DNA from: Candidatus Roizmanbacteria bacterium
GTDB taxonomy: Bacteria; Patescibacteriota; Microgenomatia; UBA1406; HO2-37-13b
NCBI GenBank assembly: GCA_038127095.1
Contig: JAYPGZ010000004.1
Span: forward strand, 16,663-80,662
Direction of reading: 5' to 3'
Length of the DNA: 64,000 nt
Numbering within the stretch: the first letter of the stretch is position 1; each line of letters starts with the position of its first letter. Under the pieces are notes generated by a model. It did no database searches. It worked only from the letters and a program-made list of their open reading frames with translations, and was not told the DNA's origin. Shown piece after piece: positions 9,113 through 16,272 of this stretch. Made by a program: the position numbers and the translations under genes.

Positions 9113-10045
9113 CTAGAATAAATCTAACTGATCCGTTTTTTCCTTTACTTTTTCAACCTTTTCAATCCTAGCTGTTGGCTGTTTACTATCAAAATATCTC
9201 TTAAGCAACGTATTAAATTCTAGCTTTTCAAAAAAATCTCTTAGACTTTGATTGTACGGTTTTCGTACACAATTATCAATTGAAATGTCGAGCTCTAAAT
9301 CTCGAACTATAGTTGCAAGTTTCTGCGACATAAATGCGCTTTCTTTGCCTTTTTCCAATAACTCTCGTGTTTTGGGTGAAGTAACTTCATCGAGGTGATC
9401 ATAAATATTTGCGACCGTTTTAAATTGAGCGAGTAGTGTTGCTGCTGTTTTTGGACCAATGCCCGACACGCCTTTATAGTTATCAGAAGGATCTCCCATA
9501 AGGCCTTTTAACTCAGGAATTTTATCGGCTGGGATCCCAAAACGCTCTAATGCAGTTTCTGGAGTATATAATTGTATTTCGGTAAGTCCCTTTTTAGGAG
9601 CAATGACAAATGTTTTATCATCAACGAGCTGTACAATATCTTTGTCACCGGTAAGAATGTATGTAGTGAAACCCTGAGCATAGGCACGTTTTGAAATTGT
9701 TCCAATAACATCATCTGCCTCAAATCCTGCCTTTTCAATATGAGTAATTCCGGCGCTTTCCAAAAATTCTTTAACATAGGGAAATTGTTTTGACAGTTCA
9801 TCTTCCATTTCGGGACGATGGCTTTGATACTCCGCATATAATTCTTTCCGAAAAGTCTTTACGGGAGTATCAAAACATACACATACATGCGTAGGAGAAA
9901 AGTCATCGATTGTTTTAAGTAGCATAGAAGCAAATCCATACACAGCATTGGTAAGAGTGCCATTGTGAGTTTTAAATCCGGGAAGCGCATGGTATGCACG
10001 GTGAATTAATGCATTACCATCAATTATCAGAAGGATGTTATTCAT
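9113..10045 (-). CDS. standalone 5'-3' exonuclease (Pol I N-terminal/FEN-like domain)
   Basis: 310 aa. LLIIDGNALIHRAYHAL, GFEADDVIGT, TGDKDIVQL, and the H3TH segment GVSGIGPKTAATLL. No polymerase domain follows. Confidence 0.9.
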   Translation of the reverse strand: MNNILLIIDGNALIHRAYHALPGFKTHNGTLTNAVYGFASMLLKTIDDFSPTHVCVCFDTPVKTFRKELYAEYQSHRPEMEDELSKQFPYVKEFLESAGITHIEKAGFEADDVIGTISKRAYAQGFTTYILTGDKDIVQLVDDKTFVIAPKKGLTEIQLYTPETALERFGIPADKIPELKGLMGDPSDNYKGVSGIGPKTAATLLAQFKTVANIYDHLDEVTSPKTRELLEKGKESAFMSQKLATIVRDLELDISIDNCVRKPYNQSLRDFFEKLEFNTLLKRYFDSKQPTARIEKVEKVKEKTDQLDLF

Positions 10046-11886
10046 TTTTTTCCTACCAAACGAAGGAACTCTTCATCATCGAGGCTCTCTTTTTTTACCA
10101 GTTCTGCAGCTACTTTGTCAAGTACCTTACGGTTCTTTTTCAAAATTGAACAAGCCTTTTCGTAGCATTCAGTAAGAATTGACTTTACTTCAGCATCTAT
10201 TTGGCCCATGATATTTTCAGAAATACTATTTTGCTCCCATGATTGTCGACCCCATTGGGTGACATCAAAACTTGGTCCGTAGTTTACTGGTCCCAGTTTA
10301 CTCATGCCGTACTCAACTACCATTGCTCGTGCAATCTTAGTTGCCTGATCAAAGTCATTTGACGCACCTGTAGTTATTTCTCCGAATACGGTTTCTTCAG
10401 CAGCACGTCCACCCATCATTGATACGATCATTTGAAGCAAATGAGTTTTTGTTTCATGTAGTCGATCAGCTTTAGGTGGAATAAGCGTGAATCCTAAGGC
10501 CATTCCACGCGAAACGATTGAAATACGATGAATAGGATCTGTGTTGGGTTGGAAATATGTAACAATAGCATGACCCGCTTCATGATAGGCGGTAATATTG
10601 CGATCAGCATCTGTTTGTAATCTTTTCTTTTCAGGACCTAGTTTTACTTTTGTAGCAGCTTCTTCTAAATCTGTCATAAAAATTGTTGTATGATCTTGAC
10701 GAGCGGCGGCAATAGCAGCCTCGTTGAGCATATTCTCAATATCTGCTCCCGAAAACCCAACGGTTCGTTTTGCAATTTTTTCCCAAGAAACATTTTTATC
10801 AAATGGTTTTCCCTTTGCGTGGATTTTTAATATTGCTTGTCGACCTTCAACGTCGGGGTAATCTAGAATAATACGTCGATCAAATCGACCTGGTCGAAGT
10901 AACGCAGGATCAAGTAAATCTCCTCGGTTTGTTGCGGCTATTACGATAACTTTGTCATTTGGACTAAATCCATCCATTTCTACTAAAATTTGATTTAAAG
11001 TCTGCTCACGTTCATCATGGGCTGGCATTGCTCCTTGTGACCGTGTTCGACCTATTGCATCTACTTCATCAATAAAAATAATCGCAGGTCCTTCTTTTTT
11101 TGCGGTAGCAAATAAGTCGCGTACGCGTGCTGCTCCAATTCCAACAAGCATTTCCATAAATTCAGAACCTGCAATTGAGAAAAAAGGAACATTACTTTCG
11201 CCAGCAACTGCTTTTGCTAACAATGTTTTACCTGTTCCTGCTGGACCAAATAGCAATACTCCTTTTGGAGATCGTGCGCCTAATTTTTGATATTTTTTTG
11301 GATTTTTAAGGAAATCTACAATTTCTTCAAGTTCTTTTTTTGCCTCATTTACTCCAGCTACATCTGCAAAAGTAATTCTCGACATTTCTTTTGAATACTT
11401 TTTGCTTTTAGCTTGTCCGAATGAAAAGACAGAATCTTGTGCACCACGCGCTTGTCGGAATAAGAATATAAAGAAAGCAATCATAAGCACTGTTGGTAAC
11501 AGATTTGAAAGGAAGTTAGATAATGCAGAATTTGATTCGGAATCCTTAACGGTAATATTTACAGAACTTGCATCGATTTCTGCTTGTTGCAAGAGCGTTA
11601 AAAAACTACTGTTTGTTTCTTTGTTCGATCGTACTGTTGATCCATTTTTGTATGTAGTCGTTATTTTATTTGAATCAATAACTACACTTTTTACCTTTTT
11701 TGCCTTAATGTCTTGCATTATTTGTGTCACTGGCTTTTCAGGATATTGACTATTTGGTGAAATAAAAGACGAAAACAGTGTTACCGTAAAGAAAGAAAAT
11801 AACAACACAAGAAACAGTGTTTTAATATTCAGTTTAAACTGAAATGATGAAGCTTTTTGTTTTGGTTTTTTTGTATTTTCGGGCAT
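10042..11886 (-). CDS. ftsH: ATP-dependent zinc metalloprotease FtsH
   Basis: 614 aa. N-terminal TM segments, Walker [14 protein letters not shown], Walker [10 protein letters not shown], zinc motif HEAGHA. Confidence 0.97.
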   Translation of the reverse strand: MPENTKKPKQKASSFQFKLNIKTLFLVLLFSFFTVTLFSSFISPNSQYPEKPVTQIMQDIKAKKVKSVVIDSNKITTTYKNGSTVRSNKETNSSFLTLLQQAEIDASSVNITVKDSESNSALSNFLSNLLPTVLMIAFFIFLFRQARGAQDSVFSFGQAKSKKYSKEMSRITFADVAGVNEAKKELEEIVDFLKNPKKYQKLGARSPKGVLLFGPAGTGKTLLAKAVAGESNVPFFSIAGSEFMEMLVGIGAARVRDLFATAKKEGPAIIFIDEVDAIGRTRSQGAMPAHDEREQTLNQILVEMDGFSPNDKVIVIAATNRGDLLDPALLRPGRFDRRIILDYPDVEGRQAILKIHAKGKPFDKNVSWEKIAKRTVGFSGADIENMLNEAAIAAARQDHTTIFMTDLEEAATKVKLGPEKKRLQTDADRNITAYHEAGHAIVTYFQPNTDPIHRISIVSRGMALGFTLIPPKADRLHETKTHLLQMIVSMMGGRAAEETVFGEITTGASNDFDQATKIARAMVVEYGMSKLGPVNYGPSFDVTQWGRQSWEQNSISENIMGQIDAEVKSILTECYEKACSILKKNRKVLDKVAAELVKKESLDDEEFLRLVGKK

Positions 11887-11895
11887 TGTGTGGCT

Positions 11896-11904
11896 ATTTT
11901 AGCA
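11896..11904 (-). promoter_or_regulatory. extended -10 (TGcTAAAAT) for ftsH, 9 nt from the ATG at 11886
   Basis: The minus strand reads ctgcTAAAATagccacacaATG. Confidence 0.5.
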
Positions 11905-11967
11905 GGTTTTTGGTAAAATTGCTAGCAGTAAAGCGCTCCAAAAGAGTCATCTTGAACTAGTTTCAGG

Positions 11968-13044
11968 ATGCTAATATTTATGAAAATCATTTCAAAAGAC
12001 TCTATAACACAAAAGGAACTTATTAGAGAAATAAAATCGGTCATTTTGGCCGGGGGACTGGTTGTCTTACCATCGGACACTGTGTATGGATTATGCGTCG
12101 ATTCACGCTCAAAGACTGCCGTAGAAAAACTTATTTCTTTTAAGCGTCGCCCAGCGGGGAAGCCTATCTCGGTCTTCGTTGGGAGCGTAGATCGAGCTCA
12201 TACGTATGTTTCTCTCAATAAGAGTCAAAACGCTCTCTTAAATCAACTTGCTCCCGGACCATATACATTCGTCTTACCCTCAAAGAGAGTATTGCGACCA
12301 GAGCTTGAATCGGAACAGGGTAATTTGGGAATTAGAATCCCTAACAACAAGTTCATTAATGACCTTATAGATGCCCTTGATTTCCCCATAACCGCAACAT
12401 CTGCAAACCTGGCTGGTTCACCTCCGCATTACTCGGTTGAGTCACTTTTAGAGAGTTTGTCAGACAAAAAGAAGCAAGAAATCGATCTTATTATTGATGC
12501 TGGGAAACTTCCATATAATAAGCCATCTACCGTTTTAGATTTAAGTCAAGAAACAGTCGCTGTTTTGCGCGCGGGTGATACTCAAGTAAGTGAGAGTTAT
12601 ACCTCTACCTCAGCCCTACAAACGGCGACTATTGGAAAAAAGATACTTGCGCATTTAAAAAAAAAGGCTCTCGATAAGCCTGCCATTATTATCTTGCAGG
12701 GGGAGCTTGGAGCGGGTAAAACAACACTCATTAAGGCCATAGGGGGCGAGCTTGGCATACGCAATATTGTTTCTCCAACATATGTTGTATGTTATGAGTA
12801 TCCTACGACCGATAAACATTTCAAACTTTTTCACCATTGTGATTTTTACAATATTAAGGAAGGTGACGAACTTAATTTTTTAGGCATCGATCAAATGCTC
12901 AAGCCCAACACGCTCGTTGCTATTGAATGGGGCGAAAAAAGCGGTCCAATTTTTGATTTGTTAACGAGCAAAGCATGTGTTGCCGTAATTTCCATGAGTT
13001 ATTTAAGTCAAGAAAGTCGAAAAGTTGACATTACATATTTATGA
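11968..13044 (+). CDS. fusion protein: TsaC/YrdC-like L-threonylcarbamoyladenylate synthase domain plus TsaE (YjeE) P-loop domain
   Basis: aa ~15-205 carry YrdC motifs (VVLPSDTVYGL, PGPYTFVL, ATSANLAG, PSTVLD). aa ~225-358 carry TsaE motifs (LQGELGAGKTTLIKAI, VSPTY, AIEWGEK). The start could be ATG 11968 or 11980. Confidence 0.8.
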   Translation: MLIFMKIISKDSITQKELIREIKSVILAGGLVVLPSDTVYGLCVDSRSKTAVEKLISFKRRPAGKPISVFVGSVDRAHTYVSLNKSQNALLNQLAPGPYTFVLPSKRVLRPELESEQGNLGIRIPNNKFINDLIDALDFPITATSANLAGSPPHYSVESLLESLSDKKKQEIDLIIDAGKLPYNKPSTVLDLSQETVAVLRAGDTQVSESYTSTSALQTATIGKKILAHLKKKALDKPAIIILQGELGAGKTTLIKAIGGELGIRNIVSPTYVVCYEYPTTDKHFKLFHHCDFYNIKEGDELNFLGIDQMLKPNTLVAIEWGEKSGPIFDLLTSKACVAVISMSYLSQESRKVDITYL

Positions 13045-14060
13045 TAATTCTAGCAATCGATACTTCATGTGATGAAACATCTGTAGCTGTTACCGACGGG
13101 CAGAAGATTCTTGTCAATAAAATTTATTCCCAAGTATTAATACATAAAAAATGGGGTGGCGTGGTGCCTAATCTTGCAAAACGAGCTCATGAAGAACATA
13201 TTGATGTGGTGGTTAATGAAGTGTTAAAAAAAGTTGAACAATCTGAAATTGATGCTTTTGCAGTAACATATGGTCCGGGACTTGCTGTGGCACTGGAAGT
13301 AGGAATCTTGAAGACAAAAGAACTGGCATTAAAATACAATAAGCCACTCATTGCGGTTAATCACATGGAAGGGCATATTTATTCGTGTTTTGCACAAAAT
13401 AGTGCAGGGAATCCTAAGAGTACGTTTAAATTTCCCTACATAGCTCTATTAATTTCTGGCGGACACACAGAACTAGTGTTGTTCAAAGACCATGGTAATT
13501 ATGAAATGCTTGGTCAAACGCTTGATGATGCTGCTGGCGAAGCGCTCGATAAAGCGGCTAAATTAATTGGTCTCGGGTATCCGGGTGGAGCAGTAATTGA
13601 AGAGCTTGCACGCAAAGGAGATAAAACATTTCTCACATTGCCTCGTCCAATGAAAGGATCTAAAGATTTAAATTTTTCATTTTCAGGACTTAAAACATCT
13701 TTTTATTATTATTATCGTGATTTAACTGATAAGCAGAAAAACGAGCAACTTTTCGATCTTGCTGCTTCGTATCAGGAAGCTGTTTTTGATAGCGTTTTGT
13801 ATAAGCTTGAGAAAGCGATTGTGCAAACTGGGGTAAGTTCGCTTGTTGTTGGTGGAGGAGTTGGTGCAAATCTATACTTACGCGAGCGTATTAGGAAGCT
13901 AGCCAAAAAACATGCAGGCAATGTTCAATTTCCTCCGTACAAGTATTTGTATGGCGATAACGCTGCTATGATTGGAATTGCTGCCCACTTTAAAGCTCAA
14001 AAAAAAGAATTTGTGGAGGATCTATCTGTGTTACAACGAGTACCTCGATTAAGTCTCTAG
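13041..14060 (+). CDS. tsaD: tRNA N6-adenosine threonylcarbamoyltransferase TsaD (Kae1/Gcp family)
   Basis: ILAIDTSCDETSVAV, NHMEGH metal motif, GGGVGAN. ATGA overlap with the tsaC-tsaE fusion. Confidence 0.93.
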   Translation: MIILAIDTSCDETSVAVTDGQKILVNKIYSQVLIHKKWGGVVPNLAKRAHEEHIDVVVNEVLKKVEQSEIDAFAVTYGPGLAVALEVGILKTKELALKYNKPLIAVNHMEGHIYSCFAQNSAGNPKSTFKFPYIALLISGGHTELVLFKDHGNYEMLGQTLDDAAGEALDKAAKLIGLGYPGGAVIEELARKGDKTFLTLPRPMKGSKDLNFSFSGLKTSFYYYYRDLTDKQKNEQLFDLAASYQEAVFDSVLYKLEKAIVQTGVSSLVVGGGVGANLYLRERIRKLAKKHAGNVQFPPYKYLYGDNAAMIGIAAHFKAQKKEFVEDLSVLQRVPRLSL

Positions 14061-14062
14061 TT

Positions 14063-14100
14063 GTCATTCTGAGCGTAGCGAAGAATCTCCGAAGGATCTC
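14063..14100 (+). repeat. dispersed bipartite element, copy 3 (right half duplicated)
   Basis: GTCATTCTGAGC-gtagc-GAAGAATCTC-c-GAAGGATCTC. It fills the 42-nt gap between the convergent tsaD and DsbA-like genes. Confidence 0.75.
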
Positions 14101-14102
14101 AG

Positions 14103-14750
14103 TTACTTTGCAGCCGCCAATTCTGCATCGATCAATTTGCTAAAATCAGCCAAAGAACTTGGGTTATCTAATTTAACTCCATTCAAAAAGAACGTTGGGG
14201 TTGAATTTACCCCTAGCGCAACGCCGCTATTTCGATCGTCATCAATTTTTTTATCTTGTGCGTCAGTATTATCTTTTTTGAATTGATCCATATTTAGTTT
14301 TAGCTGTTTAGCATATGACTCAAAAATCTTTTGTGGGTCTTTTTCTTTTTCCCAGTTACGTTGGTTGTTAAAGAGTAAATCACCCATTTGGTAGAATTTA
14401 CCCTGTTTGCCAGCCGCTTCGGCCACACGTGCTGCGGCAACCGCATTTTCATGCTGTTGTAAAGGAAAATGTCGTTGTACAAATGCAATTCTATCGTTAT
14501 ATTTTTCAACAACCTGTTTAATAAGAGGGTGATATTGTCCACAGGCAGGGCACTGGAAGTCGCTATATTCTACTAAGACAACTTTGGCATCTTTATTGCC
14601 AGTAACATAATCAAAATCACGAATCGGAATATTCTGTTTAACTACGGTTTTGGGAGTAGAGGTAAGATACCATGCACCGAATAAGATGCTAATTGTAATA
14701 ACGGTTCCTAGCAGTACTAAGCCAACTTTTTTAGGTGTAATATCTTCCAT
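14103..14750 (-). CDS. membrane-anchored DsbA-like thiol:disulfide oxidoreductase
   Basis: N-terminal TM (VGLVLLGTVITISILFGAWYL) and a thioredoxin-fold CPAC active site (DFQCPACGQYHP). Confidence 0.8.
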   Translation of the reverse strand: MEDITPKKVGLVLLGTVITISILFGAWYLTSTPKTVVKQNIPIRDFDYVTGNKDAKVVLVEYSDFQCPACGQYHPLIKQVVEKYNDRIAFVQRHFPLQQHENAVAAARVAEAAGKQGKFYQMGDLLFNNQRNWEKEKDPQKIFESYAKQLKLNMDQFKKDNTDAQDKKIDDDRNSGVALGVNSTPTFFLNGVKLDNPSSLADFSKLIDAELAAAK

Positions 14751-14759
14751 AGAAAATGT

Positions 14760-14768
14760 ATTATATCA
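14760..14768 (-). promoter_or_regulatory. extended -10 (TGaTATAAT), 9 nt from the ATG at 14750
   Basis: The minus strand reads gtgaTATAATacattttctATG. Confidence 0.5.
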
Positions 14769-14772
14769 CATG

Positions 14773-14845
14773 TGGCTGGGGGGAGAGTCGAACTCCCGAC
14801 CCCTCGCTTATGAAACGAATGCTCTAACCACTGAGCTACCCAGCC
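14773..14845 (-). tRNA. tRNA with CAT anticodon (elongator Met, or Ile2 if lysidine-modified)
   Basis: The minus strand folds by hand as GGCTGGG-TA-GCTC-AGTGGTTA-GAGC-A-TTCGT-TTCATAA-GCGAG-GGGTC-GGGAG-TTCGACT-CTCCC-CCCAGCC-A. G1:C72 argues against an initiator. CCA is not encoded. Confidence 0.9.
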
Positions 14846-14882
14846 AATTCAGGTTATATTATACAATAGAGCAGTCAAAAGG

Positions 14883-15476
14883 TCATTGAAAGCTGTGTTT
14901 TGCAGGAATAACCCTTCTTCTAATAAGTAACATTAGTGTAAATGACCAGTTGATAAGCGCGATAGAAGCAGGATAAAATGTTGTTGCAATTGAATACGAT
15001 TGTATAGCAAACAGAGATATCGCAAACTGAAGTCCACCGATAAAGTAGCTAATAAGTGTTTCATCGTACGGTTTATGATATGATTTTCGAATTGTTGGAA
15101 CCAAAGCTAAAGCATCTGTTATGGAAACTAGTATGGCTGCTAAAGTAGGAGTTTTTGTAATGACCCAGCTTATTAATGCTAATAATGCTCCAAACAATGC
15201 TAGCCAGTCTGCTATCACAATTTCTTTTTCACCATATTTAAATGACAGAATAAATATACCTGCACAACCAAGAACTGACAAACCCATAACCCACGCTCCT
15301 GGCCCTGCTCCTGACGTGACTTGCCCAACAAAACTAATAAGAGTGAGGAAAGTCCAAACTAAATATGTAAATCTGTGTGGTTTTGTCTTGCCAGCAAAAA
15401 TATCGCGAAAGTAAAGAGAATAACTATAAATGCCGATTAGCAACGAGACGACGGCGATTATTTGAATTGTACTCAT
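14883..15476 (-). CDS. polytopic membrane protein of unknown function
   Basis: 197 aa with about 6-7 hydrophobic segments and no motif I recognise. The ATG lies 5 nt after tRNA-Pro, and the stop lies 37 nt before tRNA(CAT). Confidence 0.6.
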   Translation of the reverse strand: MSTIQIIAVVSLLIGIYSYSLYFRDIFAGKTKPHRFTYLVWTFLTLISFVGQVTSGAGPGAWVMGLSVLGCAGIFILSFKYGEKEIVIADWLALFGALLALISWVITKTPTLAAILVSITDALALVPTIRKSYHKPYDETLISYFIGGLQFAISLFAIQSYSIATTFYPASIALINWSFTLMLLIRRRVIPAKHSFQ

Positions 15477-15481
15477 TTATG

Positions 15482-15552
15482 TCGGGGTGGGGAGAGTCGA
15501 ACTCCCGCCTCACGGTCCCAAACCGCGAATTCTACCGCTATACTACACCCCG
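15482..15552 (-). tRNA. tRNA-Pro (TGG anticodon)
   Basis: Minus strand: acceptor CGGGGTG/CACCCCG, anticodon arm CGCGG-TTTGGGA-CCGTG, T arm GGGAG-TTCGACT-CTCCC, discriminator A. I could not draw a clean D-stem by hand. CCA is not encoded. Confidence 0.8.
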
Positions 15553-15561
15553 TATTTGTTA

Positions 15562-15567
15562 ATTATA
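15562..15567 (-). promoter_or_regulatory. -10 box (TATAAT) 9 nt upstream of the tRNA-Pro 5' end
   Basis: The minus strand reads caagTATAATtaacaaataCGGGG. No good -35. Confidence 0.35.
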
Positions 15568-15595
15568 CTTGATCTTTCCCTATATTTCCTGGTAT

Positions 15596-15606
15596 TGTTA
15601 TACAAT
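15596..15606 (+). promoter_or_regulatory. -10 region for the sugar transferase gene (TGtTATACAAT: TACAAT 6 nt, or TATACA 8 nt, from the ATG at 15613)
   Basis: Sequence tgttatacaataggcctATG. Confidence 0.4.
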
Positions 15607-15612
15607 AGGCCT

Positions 15613-16272
15613 ATGAATATATTTTCAGGGGAAACATATAAGAATACACTCAAGCGAGTTGTAGACATTGTTGGCGCACTTTTTTTAATTGTTTTATTCT
15701 CACCTGTTTGTCTGGTTGCTGCTATTTGTATTAAGTTAACTTCAAAAGGACCAGTTTTGGCAGACGTTCCGCAACGAGTAGGACTCAATGGCAAGCTCTT
15801 CACCATGCACAAATTTCGTTCTATGATTCTGAATGCACATAATATGCTGCGTAATGATGAAGAATTTAAACAGTTGTACGAGGAATACAAAAAAAGTAGT
15901 TTTAAATTAAAAAGAGATCCCCGAATTACTACAGTTGGAAAGTTTCTGCGTAAACATTCAATAGATGAAATTCCACAATTTATTAATGTGCTTGCAGGAG
16001 AAATGAGTTTGGTAGGACCACGTGCGTATTATCAAGATGAATTGGAAGATCAACAAGAAAAGTATCCTCACACACGTCCGCTTGTTGCTAAAGTACTTTC
16101 AGTTCGTCCTGGTATTACGGGTTTATGGCAAGTATCTGGAAGATCTGAAATAAATTTTGATAAACGTATCGCTATTGACGCAACATATGTAGATACTGTA
16201 TCATTAAAGACGGATTTATTGATTATGCTCAAAACCCCGTTGGAAATGATTCAGGGGAAAGGTGCGGTATGA
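15613..16272 (+). CDS. polyprenyl-phosphate glycosyl-1-phosphate transferase (bacterial sugar transferase, WbaP/EpsL C-terminal type)
   Basis: N-terminal TM, then LKRVVDIVGALFLIVLFSP, KFRSM, SIDEIPQFINVLAGEMSLVGPR, PGITGLWQVSGR. The track start at 15487 overlaps tRNA-Pro, so I use ATG 15613. Confidence 0.88.
   Translation: MNIFSGETYKNTLKRVVDIVGALFLIVLFSPVCLVAAICIKLTSKGPVLADVPQRVGLNGKLFTMHKFRSMILNAHNMLRNDEEFKQLYEEYKKSSFKLKRDPRITTVGKFLRKHSIDEIPQFINVLAGEMSLVGPRAYYQDELEDQQEKYPHTRPLVAKVLSVRPGITGLWQVSGRSEINFDKRIAIDATYVDTVSLKTDLLIMLKTPLEMIQGKGAV

Noticed and set aside
9485-9497. An isolated GAAGGATCTCC match inside the exonuclease gene, as a fifth copy of the dispersed element.
   Set aside because: Only the right half-site is present, it lies within conserved coding sequence, and there is no left half nearby. 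Most likely chance.
11911-11919. TGgTAAAAT upstream of the tsaC-tsaE fusion as its promoter.
   Set aside because: Not rejected outright, but not counted. It would give a 48-60 nt leader, unlike the other units. The alternative TGcTAATAT (11969-11977) is only 2 nt from ATG 11980. The start site and promoter of this gene remain unresolved by eye.
14780-15507. 19-nt identical direct repeats (GGGGAGAGTCGAACTCCCG at 14780-14798 and 15489-15507) flanking the membrane ORF, as possible att sites of an integrated element.
   Set aside because: The repeats are simply the conserved T-arms of two different tRNA genes. No integrase or other mobile-element gene is present, and the enclosed segment is a single ORF.
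15487-15612. Track ORF start at 15487 would add 42 aa (MGRVELPPHGPKPRILPLYYTPY...) to the sugar transferase.
   Set aside because: That stretch is the antisense of tRNA-Pro (15482-15552). The homologous transferase sequence begins at ATG 15613, which also has a -10 box 6-8 nt upstream.
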